DNA of 64,000 nucleotides from Clostridia bacterium (GCA_017467865.1 JAFUKG010000032.1:53521-117520); one strand, 5' to 3'; shown: positions 1-7,798, counted from the stretch's first letter. Translations and numbers: made by a program. Notes: generated by a model from the letters alone, not told the origin.

Positions 1-1354
1 TGAAGTGAAGTCCGTCGGGCTCTACCATGTGCCAATATTTAGCGGTGATGTAGTGACCCAGCGCATACTTATAGGAATGGTTTGCAATCTTAGGATAACC
101 CGTTGTACCCGATGTGAAGAACATGAGCATGGGGTCGTTTCCGCAGGCGGTGTTTTCGTCACGGTAGAAGTGAGCCGAGAAGAGAGGATAATTTTCGTCA
201 AAGCTGTGCCAGCCGTCACGCTCTCCGCCCACAAGAACCTTTGTCTTAAGTGTGGGACAGTCATCCTGCGCCTTGTCTACCTCTTCTGCAACCTTGCCGT
301 CGGCAGTACAGATGATAGCCGAAACCCCCGCTGCATTGAAGCGGTACTCGAAGTCGTGAGCCACAAGCAGGTTAGTAGCGGGAATAGCTACCGCACCAAG
401 CTTATGAAGAGCAAGGATAGCGTACCAGAACTGATAGTGACGCTTGAGTACAAGCATTACTCTGTCGCCCTTCTTGATGCCAAGAGACTTGAAGTAGTTT
501 GCTACTTGATTTGACTTACGCTTCATATCGTTAAAGGTAAGAAATCTCTCGGTTTTGTTCTTATCTATATGTACCATTGCAAGCTTTTCGGGGTCTTTCT
601 TTGCAATAGCGTCAACTATATCGAAAGCGAAGTTGAACTTATCTTCGTTTTCAAAATCTATCTTGAGAAGCGTTCCGTTTTCGTCCTCAACAGTCTTTAC
701 GAAGGCATCGCTGACCAGCCCCTTGGGTGCCTTGGAAGCCGAAATGGTTTTTCTGACAGTTGTTTCTTCCTCTGCTTCACCGGGAAGTACTACTGCAACG
801 AAAAGACAGTCCTCACCGTCAACGGCTATCATTCCGTGAGGGGTAGAGCTGTTATAGTAAATGCTGTCACCCTCGCTGAGATACTCTACGTGGTCGCCCA
901 CCTGCACCTTGAGTCTGCCCTTCATAATGAAGTCGAACTCCTGACCCGAATGGGTTGCAAGGTTAATGGGCTTGTTCTGAAGCTCGGGGTCAAACTCATA
1001 TCTTACCCAGTACGGCTCGGCAATCTTACCCTTGAACTTGGGAGCAAGGCTCTGAATTTCAATGCCGTTTTCCTTGGCGGTGTCCTGACCCTCGCCCTTA
1101 CGTGTAACAGTATAGGAACGAAGCTTTGCACTCTGTCCTTCAAGGATATCTGTCATATCAATGCCGAAGGCAAGGGAGCATTTATGAATAAAAGAGAAAG
1201 GAAAATCGTTCTTTCCTGCTTCATAGTCGAGATACTCTTCTACAGATACTTCGGTTTTTTCTGCCATTTCTTCAACGCTTATGCCGTCTATTTCACGCAT
1301 CTCGCGAATTCGGCGAGCTACTTCTATAAGCTTTTCTTTTGAAGTTGTTGACAT
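1..1354 (-). CDS. HTH(XRE-like)-cupin N-terminal module fused to an AMP-dependent acyl-CoA synthetase/ligase; the 3' end runs off the window start
   Basis: This gene is absent from the ORF track because it is open at the window edge. Translating the minus strand by hand from the ATG at 1354-1352 (RBS AGGAGG, plus-strand cctcct at 1363-1368) gives MSTTSKEKLIEVARRIREMREIDGISVEEMAEKTEVSVEEY (HTH). This is followed by HSGQEFDFIMKGRLKVQVGDH..TPHGM (cupin-like), then DRVMLVLKRHYQFWYAILALHKLGAVAIPATN and FFTSGTTGYPK (AMP-binding signature). There is no stop codon down to position 1. The plus-strand ORFs 5..514 and 569..1342 are its shadows. Confidence 0.85.
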   Translation of the reverse strand, partial: MSTTSKEKLIEVARRIREMREIDGISVEEMAEKTEVSVEEYLDYEAGKNDFPFSFIHKCSLAFGIDMTDILEGQSAKLRSYTVTRKGEGQDTAKENGIEIQSLAPKFKGKIAEPYWVRYEFDPELQNKPINLATHSGQEFDFIMKGRLKVQVGDHVEYLSEGDSIYYNSSTPHGMIAVDGEDCLFVAVVLPGEAEEETTVRKTISASKAPKGLVSDAFVKTVEDENGTLLKIDFENEDKFNFAFDIVDAIAKKDPEKLAMVHIDKNKTERFLTFNDMKRKSNQVANYFKSLGIKKGDRVMLVLKRHYQFWYAILALHKLGAVAIPATNLLVAHDFEYRFNAAGVSAIICTADGKVAEEVDKAQDDCPTLKTKVLVGGERDGWHSFDENYPLFSAHFYRDENTACGNDPMLMFFTSGTTGYPKIANHSYKYALGHYITAKYWHMVEPDGLHF

Positions 1355-1369
1355 AATAATTTCCTCCTA

Positions 1370-1640
1370 AAAAAATCAAACCCGTCTCAAAGCTTTTCTT
1401 TGAGACGGGTAAAAAATTACTCGCGGTACCACTCAAATTGCAGTAAAACTGCCACTTTTTGGAATCAAACAATTCCTATGCATTTACGCAGCAATCACGG
1501 AAGCACCTACTCATGTTTCAGCACTTCGGCTCGGAAGTGATAGGTCACTTTGTCGGTATGCTATCGGCTCACACCAAATGCCGACTCTCTGAAAACAACC
1601 TTCAAAACCGTCTTCGTCACAGCCTTTAAATATTTCGCTA
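1370..1640 (-). promoter_or_regulatory. T-box leader (tRNA-sensing transcription attenuator) upstream of the HTH-cupin-AMP-ligase gene
   Basis: Read on the minus strand, the elements are as follows. An AGAGAG box (plus 1585-1590) is followed by the hairpin TCGGC-ATTTGGTGTGA-GCCGA (plus 1564-1584). A Stem III-like hairpin GCAG-TTTTA-CTGC lies at plus 1440-1452. CAATTTGAGTGGTACCGCGAG (plus 1420-1440) matches the T-box core GGGTGGTACCGCG with one mismatch. The terminator ACCCGTCTCAAAG-AAAAGC-TTTGAGACGGG (plus 1381-1410) plus TTTGATTTTTT ends just before the RBS. I could not assign the specifier codon by eye. Confidence 0.85.
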
Positions 1641-1645
1641 AGTAC

Positions 1646-1674
1646 AATATAGCACCAAAATTTCGGTTTGTCAA
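1646..1674 (-). promoter_or_regulatory. SigA-type promoter driving the T-box leader
   Basis: On the minus strand there is TTGACA (plus 1669-1674), a 17-nt spacer, then TATATT (plus 1646-1651). Confidence 0.6.
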
Positions 1675-1751
1675 TAGTTTTTTTATTTTTTTATATTTCT
1701 TATTGAAAATAAAAAAAGCTTGTGATAAAATGAGTTTGCAAAGCAAACTCA

Positions 1752-1912
1752 ATGAATTGCCTTCGGCATGAATTGAAATCTATGATTTCATGAATTGAGC
1801 CTGACGGCTCATGAATTGCACTTCGTGCATTATAAAGGCAATTCAATTCATGGAGCAAAGCGAGAAATCATGGCGTAACGCCAATTCATGACAACGATAG
1901 TTGTCAATTCAT
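1752..1912. repeat. Head-to-head array of the word (C)ATGAATTG alternating with variable mini-hairpins (array 1)
   Basis: Forward ATGAATTG copies lie at 1752, 1768, 1790 and 1811. Reverse CAATTCAT copies lie at 1844, 1882 and 1905, with a degenerate copy near 1864. The spacers are short hairpins that all differ, for example tgcc-ttc-ggca, tgaaatc-tat-gatttca, tgagcc-tgac-ggctca and gcac-ttcg-tgc. Confidence 0.8.
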
Positions 1913-2189
1913 AGCCCTCCTTGTGTAAAGGAGGGTGGCACGCAGAGCGTGGCGGGAGGATTGTTAAAGAAGAAACAACCCCTCAGTCAGCTACGCTGAC
2001 AGCTCCCCTTACACAGTGGAGCCTTTAATGTTAGACATCTAAATTGTTCACGAATTTTAAAATGAATTCAAAGAAGTTGAATTCAGCGATATGAAATCCT
2101 GATGGAATTTGTGATATACCTTGTGGTGCGATATATTAATTCGTAATGCGATGTCCCTTCGGGACGAGATAATATGGAGGATAAAAATT

Positions 2190-3041
2190 ATGAAAATCGG
2201 AGTTTCAAGCTATAGCTTTACAAAATATATTTCCCAGACGGGCTCGGATATCTTCGCCGTTATTGACAAAGCCAAGGAGATGGGCTTTGAAGGTATTGAG
2301 TTTATCGGGCTTGAGTCTTATGCTAAAGAGGGAGAAGATTTGATTTCTCTTGCCGGGAAGATAAAAGAGCATTGCGAAAAGACAGGTATTGAAATTATCA
2401 ACTACGCCATAGGTGCAAATTTCCTTGCAGTCGATATAGATGCAGAGATTGACAAGGTGAAAAAGAGCGTAGATATTGCCGCAGCTCTCGGCTCTCCCTG
2501 CATGAGGCATGACGTTTGCTACTCTCTTCCAAAGGAGCATCTTTACACATGGCATAATGCTGTGAAGGAAATGGCACCGAGAATAAGGGAAGTAAGTGAG
2601 TACGCAAAGTTAAAGGGCGTAAAGACCTGCACCGAAAACCACGGATATATTTTCCAAGCCCCCGAGCGGGTAGAAGCCCTCATCCGTGAAGTTAATCACG
2701 AAAACTACGGCTGGCTCTGCGATATGGGTAACTTCCTCTGTGCCGATGCCGACCCCGTGCACGCCGTGGCAATTGCCGCTCCCTACACCTTCCACGTTCA
2801 TGCAAAGGACTTTCTCTTGAAATCGGGAGACGTTGACTGTCCCAAAGGCTTTTTCACAACCCTCGGCGGTAATCACATAAGAGGCACCGCCGTAGGACAC
2901 GGAGTTGTGCCCGTAAAGAATTGCATCACCGCTCTCAAACGAGTAGGCTATGACGGCTACGTGGCAATTGAATTTGAAGGAATGGAAGATAATATCCCAG
3001 CCCTCGAAGCAGGACTTGATTTCCTTAAAAAGACCGTCTGA
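2190..3041 (+). CDS. Sugar phosphate isomerase/epimerase (xylose isomerase-like TIM barrel) family protein
   Basis: The likely start is the ATG at 2190, after the RBS GGAGG at 2176-2180. MKIGVSSYSF..GFEGIEF..ENHG..HAKD..IEFEG is typical of the AP-endonuclease-2/xylose-isomerase-like fold. A terminator follows. Confidence 0.75.
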   Translation: MKIGVSSYSFTKYISQTGSDIFAVIDKAKEMGFEGIEFIGLESYAKEGEDLISLAGKIKEHCEKTGIEIINYAIGANFLAVDIDAEIDKVKKSVDIAAALGSPCMRHDVCYSLPKEHLYTWHNAVKEMAPRIREVSEYAKLKGVKTCTENHGYIFQAPERVEALIREVNHENYGWLCDMGNFLCADADPVHAVAIAAPYTFHVHAKDFLLKSGDVDCPKGFFTTLGGNHIRGTAVGHGVVPVKNCITALKRVGYDGYVAIEFEGMEDNIPALEAGLDFLKKTV

Positions 3042-3050
3042 TGTCTTAAA

Positions 3051-3085
3051 TCCCCTGCAAAAATAAAAGCAGGGGATAATTTTTT
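3051..3085 (+). terminator. Intrinsic terminator after the isomerase gene
   Basis: The hairpin is tcccctgc(3051-3058)..gcagggga(3069-3076), followed by taatttttt. Confidence 0.75.
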
Positions 3086-3095
3086 AAAAAAACTA

Positions 3096-3124
3096 TTGAC
3101 ATTCGCACAGTTTTATGATATTAT
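3096..3124 (+). promoter_or_regulatory. SigA-type promoter for tRNA-Val
   Basis: TTGACA at 3096-3101, a 17-nt spacer, then TATTAT at 3119-3124, about 10 nt upstream of the tRNA 5' end. Confidence 0.6.
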
Positions 3125-3134
3125 ATTGTGCGTT

Positions 3135-3210
3135 GGGGGTTTAGCTCAGCTGGGAGAGCATCTGCCTTACAAGCAGAGGGTCACAGGTTCGAGCCCTGTA
3201 GTCCCCACCA
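3135..3210 (+). tRNA. tRNA-Val (anticodon UAC), CCA encoded
   Basis: The cloverleaf folds by hand. The acceptor stem is GGGGGTT/AGTCCCC, the D arm is GCTC-AGCTGGGA-GAGC, and the anticodon stem-loop is TCTGC-CTTACAA-GCAGA (anticodon TAC). The T arm is ACAGG-TTCGAGC-CCTGT, followed by discriminator A and CCA. Confidence 0.95.
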
Positions 3211-3214
3211 AAGC

Positions 3215-3246
3215 AAAAAAGAACATCGTGAGATGTTCTTTTTTTG
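3215..3246. terminator. Bidirectional intrinsic terminator (tRNA-Val on +, Cys-rich protein gene on -)
   Basis: aaaaaa-gaacatc-gtga-gatgttc-tttttttt, with an A-run on one side and a T-run on the other. Confidence 0.8.
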
Positions 3247-3254
3247 TTTGTGGT

Positions 3255-4058
3255 TCAGTTTCTGTTCTGAGCGCAGGTGCTGGGGTAGAATTCCTCGATA
3301 GGGAAGGGAGTAGAGCAGAACATTGAGCAGGGATCTGTAACCGACACGGGGGACTTGTCTGCATCGGGGATACAGTAGTCGCAGGCAGGGATGATAAGCT
3401 GTGAGGGGCGTTCAATTCTGATAAGTGCAAAGATGCCAAGGGTGAGACACACTGCAATATTGGTACAGCCTGTAACAAGCCCGCCCTCAAAGAGGTTAAC
3501 TATCTGTTCGGGGATATTGTCATATTCGGGAGGGGTGGGAATGCCGTTGCAGTTTTCTATAATATTAACAGCAAGAGGTATAGGGGTTGCCACCTCTACT
3601 ACAACCTTGGGAGCGTTTGACGAGGGGATAGCACCTGTGAGTGTTGGAGTGAAGCAGGGATCGGAGTTGGTGTCAGACTTGAACACGCTGACGTTTCCCT
3701 CACCGCCGTAGAGAACGACCGTTTTCTCGCTGATGGCAAGGCCTTCTATATCCTCGCTTACACCGTTCACGCAACAGGTGAGCAGTACGTAAAAATAATA
3801 GCGTATGGTAACCTGAAAGTAACCGCAGTTAAAGGGCAGTTCGTCTGCACTTATCTGAGCCCATATTACACGCACCTCTTTGGCACGGGGGGTTCTGCAG
3901 TTTTCAAGCTTCGCCATTCCGTCGGGGGTAAGTATTACACGAAGACCTTCAATGCAGTCCTGCGCCCGACTCGTATCATATATTCTGTTAGTATCAATGC
4001 AGCAAACGTCGTCGTTGCAAAGAGAGTTACCGTTTGTTGAAGAGCAATTTTGAGTCAT
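3255..4058 (-). CDS. Hypothetical cysteine-rich protein (267 aa)
   Basis: The start is the ATG at 4058, 9 nt after an AGGAGG-type RBS (plus tcctcc at 4067-4072). The protein MTQNCSSTNGNSLCNDDVCCIDTN...PACDYCIPDADKSP..PCSMFCSTPF has Cys clusters at both ends and no signal peptide. I recognise no family. Confidence 0.7.
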   Translation of the reverse strand: MTQNCSSTNGNSLCNDDVCCIDTNRIYDTSRAQDCIEGLRVILTPDGMAKLENCRTPRAKEVRVIWAQISADELPFNCGYFQVTIRYYFYVLLTCCVNGVSEDIEGLAISEKTVVLYGGEGNVSVFKSDTNSDPCFTPTLTGAIPSSNAPKVVVEVATPIPLAVNIIENCNGIPTPPEYDNIPEQIVNLFEGGLVTGCTNIAVCLTLGIFALIRIERPSQLIIPACDYCIPDADKSPVSVTDPCSMFCSTPFPIEEFYPSTCAQNRN

Positions 4059-4128
4059 TTGATTTTTCCTCCTATTAAATAATTCGGTCATTACATATTA
4101 TGCAAAAACTGTAAATTGTTGAATTTGC

Positions 4129-4160
4129 AAAAAAAGAGCCCGCGGAATTCTCCGCGGGCT
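4129..4160 (-). terminator. Intrinsic terminator after the HPr-like gene
   Basis: On the minus strand, the hairpin agcccgcgga-gaattc-tccgcgggct is followed by ttttttt. Confidence 0.75.
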
Positions 4161-4176
4161 GTCCTTTTAAAAGAAA

Positions 4177-4407
4177 TTATTCAACAATCATGTCCTTAAC
4201 TGCTTCAATTACTTGGTCCTCGTCCTCACCCTCGGCAGTAAGTCCGATGGGGTGTGCAAGGTCAAGACTGAATACACCGATAACAGACTTTGCGTTAACT
4301 ACGTATTTACCGCTTGTCAGGTCAATATCCGACATAAAACGGCTCATATCGTTTACGAAGTTCTGAATCTGTGCAATAGTGCTGAATTTAATATTAACTT
4401 TTTTCAT
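4177..4407 (-). CDS. HPr/Crh-like small phosphocarrier-fold protein lacking the His15 site
   Basis: The start MKKVNIKF is at 4407. GKYVVNAKSVIGVFSL and LTAEGEDEDQVIEAV align by eye with HPr/Crh GKKVNxKSIMGxMSL and IxAxGxDExxAxxxL, so the Ser46 region is kept. The GxHARPA His15 loop is replaced by STIAQIQNFV. Confidence 0.7.
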   Translation of the reverse strand: MKKVNIKFSTIAQIQNFVNDMSRFMSDIDLTSGKYVVNAKSVIGVFSLDLAHPIGLTAEGEDEDQVIEAVKDMIVE

Positions 4408-4557
4408 AATTAAATCATTCCTTTCGGTTGTGCTTAACGCACCAAAGTTCAAATGAGAAGCAACAATATAAGTATGAATTTCGCTTCAGAGAAATTGTCC
4501 TTACCTATTACCTCTTCACTTTTACCTATTCACTGTCTGAAAACGTGTTTTTAAATT

Positions 4558-5262
4558 TTAGGGGAGCATTCTTTCGGTTACAATTCTGTGAGATACAAGG
4601 CAGGGACGGAAAGCTTCTGCATAATCCTTGTGGCACTGAAGTCCATAGTACTCGGAGAGAATTCTGCACTCCTTAGTATAATCAACGCCGTCGTGGTCTC
4701 TGAGCCATATTTCCTGAGACTCGTGGCAGTGAAGCATTTGAAGCTTCTTTTCATAAAATTCTGTGATGTCAACATACTCGGTGGGGTTAAAGTTGATACC
4801 TGCGGCTGTTGCCATATAATAGATAGGAGTAATCTTATCTGTTGCAGGATACTTTGTGAAGTAATGAGGGCAGGTTGCCATGAATGCTGCATCGAAAGCG
4901 AGCTTAGATGCTGCAACGTGGTCGCACATATAGTCCTCGGGGTCGGGAATGATGAGAAGGTCGGGGTCTGCCTGACGGATTATGTCAACAAGGATATCCT
5001 TCTGCTCCTTGCTCTGATAGTAGGAACAAAGGTCGCCTATATCTGCAGGAAGATATGTAAAGCCTGCCATATCGCAAGACTTCTGTGCTTCTGCACGGCG
5101 GATATCTCTGAGCTCATCGGGCATTATAACCATATGACCCATGTTACCGTTATTGATAGTGCAGACAAAAACCTCGTCGCCTCTTGCCTTGCACTTGAGA
5201 AGTGTGCCTGCACACATAAATTCCATATCGTCGGGATGCGCTGTAATAGCTAAAACTCTCAT
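4558..5262 (-). CDS. PIG-L/LmbE family deacetylase
   Basis: MRVLAITAHPDDMEF carries the AHPDD motif, and the 234-aa length fits the family. Confidence 0.8.
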   Translation of the reverse strand: MRVLAITAHPDDMEFMCAGTLLKCKARGDEVFVCTINNGNMGHMVIMPDELRDIRRAEAQKSCDMAGFTYLPADIGDLCSYYQSKEQKDILVDIIRQADPDLLIIPDPEDYMCDHVAASKLAFDAAFMATCPHYFTKYPATDKITPIYYMATAAGINFNPTEYVDITEFYEKKLQMLHCHESQEIWLRDHDGVDYTKECRILSEYYGLQCHKDYAEAFRPCLVSHRIVTERMLP

Positions 5263-5302
5263 AAAAAACCTCCAAATTAGTAAATTTTAACTTAACACTA
5301 CG

Positions 5303-5331
5303 ATTATCTCACAATAAAGCTCTTTTGTCAA
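5303..5331 (-). promoter_or_regulatory. SigA-type promoter for the PIG-L gene
   Basis: On the minus strand there is TTGACA (plus 5326-5331), a 17-nt spacer, then GATAAT (plus 5303-5308). Confidence 0.55.
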
Positions 5332-5349
5332 GACAAAAATGCAGAAGCT

Positions 5350-5859
5350 TTACGCTTCTGCATTTTCCATATTCGATATTATAAACCCGCGTACTTCCTC
5401 TCTCGGCAGAGCGAATATATGGGCACATTCATTTTCAAAAAGCTGTTCGGCATCCTTAAAGGCATATTCGTCGGACGCTCTCATCTTCTTGCCCTTTTCG
5501 GTGAGCTGCAATCTTCTTTCGTAAAGCGCCTTTATTACAGATACTAAAAGCGTCCTGTCTCCCGAGTCGAGAACTTCCTTGTACTTTTCCTGTCTCAGCT
5601 TGTCACCGTCTATCCAAAGGGGCTCGATGGCGGGAATACTCTTTATCAGCGAAAGCGCCTCCGCCTTTTTCAGAACGGGTTTTATTTTAGACATAAGCTT
5701 TTCGTTGAAAGAAGGTACGTGAATAGTCGTTTTGTCATCGAAAAGTGGTTTTAAGATGAAATATGTCCTTTTTTCATCTGCAAAAAGCTCTTCTCTTATA
5801 TCCTCGATTTTACATACACCGGCAGAGCCGTAAACAACCGTATCAGATAATTTCCACAT
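5350..5859 (-). CDS. CarD/CdnL/TRCF-family transcriptional regulator
   Basis: There is an N-terminal RNAP-interacting-domain-like sequence DTVVYGSAGVCKIEDI..YFILKP in a 169-aa protein. The terminator hairpin aaaatgcagaagc-gtaa-gcttctgcatttt overlaps the stop codon. Confidence 0.75.
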   Translation of the reverse strand: MWKLSDTVVYGSAGVCKIEDIREELFADEKRTYFILKPLFDDKTTIHVPSFNEKLMSKIKPVLKKAEALSLIKSIPAIEPLWIDGDKLRQEKYKEVLDSGDRTLLVSVIKALYERRLQLTEKGKKMRASDEYAFKDAEQLFENECAHIFALPREEVRGFIISNMENAEA

Positions 5860-5962
5860 ATTATTCCCTCCTACTATCTATATTTTACCATATTTTAAAA
5901 AAATATGTAATAGGTAAAATCAACAAAAGTTGAGGGGAAGTTTATAGGTCAAATCCGTTAAT

Positions 5963-6493
5963 TTATAAAAGCCAGACTTCCATTCGTCCGTTTGAGCGTC
6001 TCTTCTTGTAAAACTCGGAAAGCTCGTCAAGCTTCTTTTCAAACTCTTCTTTAAGCTCGGTGGGCTCAAGAAGCTTTACCTCTGTGCCCAAAGTGAAAAG
6101 GGCAGGGAAGAGCAGGCTGGAGGGCACTCCTAATTCTGCGGTAACGTAGTCACCATCCTCGCTCTCTTTACCCTTGCCGAGAATGGCGTAAACGTCCTCG
6201 GCGTCCTCTTTTTTATATTCGATACTGATATGAACAAGGTCGAGTGTGACGGGGGCGGGGGGAGGAGAAGCCTTGCCATCTTCCATATAATATCCCTTTT
6301 TGTTATCGTGGCAAAGGGTTATTTTATAGCCGTATTCAATGAGAGTGTTGATGTCACGGCAAACGGATTTTCTCTCTGCAGAAATACCCTCTGCTTCAAG
6401 AAGCTTACATACACCAACGGCAGTTATGGGATGAGTCTCGTCGGTAGCGCGAAGAATATCAAGAACCTTAAGTAATTTAATTTTCGGTTGCAT
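5963..6493 (-). CDS. YafY-like HTH transcriptional regulator, short form (a WYL domain is not evident)
   Basis: The N-terminal LKVLDILRATDETHPITAVGVCKLLEAEGISAERKSVCRDINTLIEYGY is a winged-HTH of the YafY/DeoR type. The C-terminal LLFPALFTLGTEVKLLEPTELKEEF resembles the WCX tail. At only 176 aa there is little room for a full WYL domain. Confidence 0.55.
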   Translation of the reverse strand: MQPKIKLLKVLDILRATDETHPITAVGVCKLLEAEGISAERKSVCRDINTLIEYGYKITLCHDNKKGYYMEDGKASPPPAPVTLDLVHISIEYKKEDAEDVYAILGKGKESEDGDYVTAELGVPSSLLFPALFTLGTEVKLLEPTELKEEFEKKLDELSEFYKKRRSNGRMEVWLL

Positions 6494-6685
6494 TATTAAT
6501 CACCTCTTATATTTATCATAACACACAAAGGACAAAAATGGTAGTGGTAAGACGAATAAATTGCGAATTCGTAAAACTTTAACATAAAAGCTTTCTTAAA
6601 TTTATTTAAAAAACATAAGAAATCAGTTGATTTTTTCGGCATTTTAAGTATAATAGTTTTGAAGAATGAAAAAGGAGTAAGTTTT

Positions 6686-7702
6686 ATGTCGAAGAAGAGA
6701 GTTGCCCTGATAGGCTGCGGTACTATTTCAAGAGTTCATCTTGTCAGCATAAATGCGTGTGCAAAAGCAGAGCTTGTTGCGGTAGCTGACGTAATAAAAG
6801 AGAGAGCTGAAAGGTGCGCCGAGGAATTTTCTGCCCGAGCTTACACTGACTATAAAGAGATGGTGGAAAAGGAAAAGCCTGACTGTGTACATATATGCTT
6901 ACCTCACTTTCTTCACGCTCCTGTATCTCTTTGGTGCATGGAAAGAGGAGTGAGCGTTCTTGTGGAAAAGCCTATTGCCACAAATCTTGAGGATGCACTC
7001 CTTATGGAAAAATGCGCAGAGGTGAACGGCGTTACCCTTTCGGCAGTTATGCAAAACCGTTACAACACGGGTACCCTTTTTATAGAAAAGACGTTACGTG
7101 AAGGAGCTTTGGGCAAAATCCTCGGAGCTCGGTGCTCTGTCACTTGGTTTCGTAATCAAAGCTACTATAACGAGGCTCCTTGGCGTGGAAATATTGCCGA
7201 GAGCGGCGGCGGAGTAATTATAAATCAAGCAATACATACCATTGACCTTATGCATCATTTTGTAGACTCTAAGGTTGTGAGAGTGGACTCCACCATAGCC
7301 AAAAGAGGAAGATGCAATATTGAGGTAGAGGACAGCGCCGAGGGCATTATTGAATTTGAAAACGGGGTTCTTGCAAACTTCCATGCCATCAATTGCTATT
7401 CCGACAATTCCCCCGTCTTTCTTGAATTGCATTGCGAAAAGGGACGGGTGCAGATGCTATCGGATAAAGCCACAATCTACTTTAACGACGGCAAAGCTGT
7501 GTCCTCGGATGCGGGAGAAGACAGCTTTGACTACGGTGACGTTAAGGAATATTGGGGTGCAAGCCATATAAAACAGATTTTTGATTTTTACGACCATCTG
7601 ACCTCGGGCACACCCATGAGAGTGACCTTTGACAGCGCTCTTGAAACACATAAGCTTATTTGTGATATATATGAAAACGCAAGAAAAAAAGAGTCTCGAT
7701 GA
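6686..7702 (+). CDS. Gfo/Idh/MocA family oxidoreductase
   Basis: The start is the ATG at 6686, after the RBS AAAGGAG. KRVALIGCGTISRVH is a Rossmann motif and the C-terminal half has typical length. The terminator overlaps the stop codon. Confidence 0.8.
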   Translation: MSKKRVALIGCGTISRVHLVSINACAKAELVAVADVIKERAERCAEEFSARAYTDYKEMVEKEKPDCVHICLPHFLHAPVSLWCMERGVSVLVEKPIATNLEDALLMEKCAEVNGVTLSAVMQNRYNTGTLFIEKTLREGALGKILGARCSVTWFRNQSYYNEAPWRGNIAESGGGVIINQAIHTIDLMHHFVDSKVVRVDSTIAKRGRCNIEVEDSAEGIIEFENGVLANFHAINCYSDNSPVFLELHCEKGRVQMLSDKATIYFNDGKAVSSDAGEDSFDYGDVKEYWGASHIKQIFDFYDHLTSGTPMRVTFDSALETHKLICDIYENARKKESR

Positions 7703-7714
7703 GACTCTTTTTTA
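7686..7714 (+). terminator. Intrinsic terminator
   Basis: aaaaaaagagtctc-gat-gagactcttttttt; the stop codon at 7700-7702 lies in the loop. Confidence 0.75.
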
Positions 7715-7798
7715 ATGCAGAATTCACAATTGATTATAATTTACCTTAATTCATCATTCATAACTCATCATTCTGCATTCTAAAAAGCCCTTGGCTTT

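Noticed and set aside
5-1342. Plus-strand ORFs 5..514 (169 aa) and 569..1342 (257 aa) from the track
   Set aside because: They are antisense shadows of the minus-strand HTH-cupin-AMP-ligase gene (1..1354). That gene has an RBS, recognisable domains and a dedicated T-box leader. The plus-strand products are low-complexity with no motifs and no RBS.
1752-1912. Whether the CATGAATTG arrays (here and at 18957-19111) are CRISPR arrays
   Set aside because: The constant unit is only 8-9 nt, the variable parts are 8-14-nt self-complementary hairpins, the orientation flips mid-array, and no cas genes are present. This is incompatible with CRISPR.
3096-3326. Plus-strand 76-aa ORF overlapping tRNA-Val
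   Set aside because: It is read through a tRNA gene and a terminator, so it is spurious.
4588-5253. Plus-strand 221-aa ORF
   Set aside because: It is antisense to the PIG-L/LmbE deacetylase gene, which carries the AHPDD motif. The product is Cys-rich and low-complexity, and there is no RBS.
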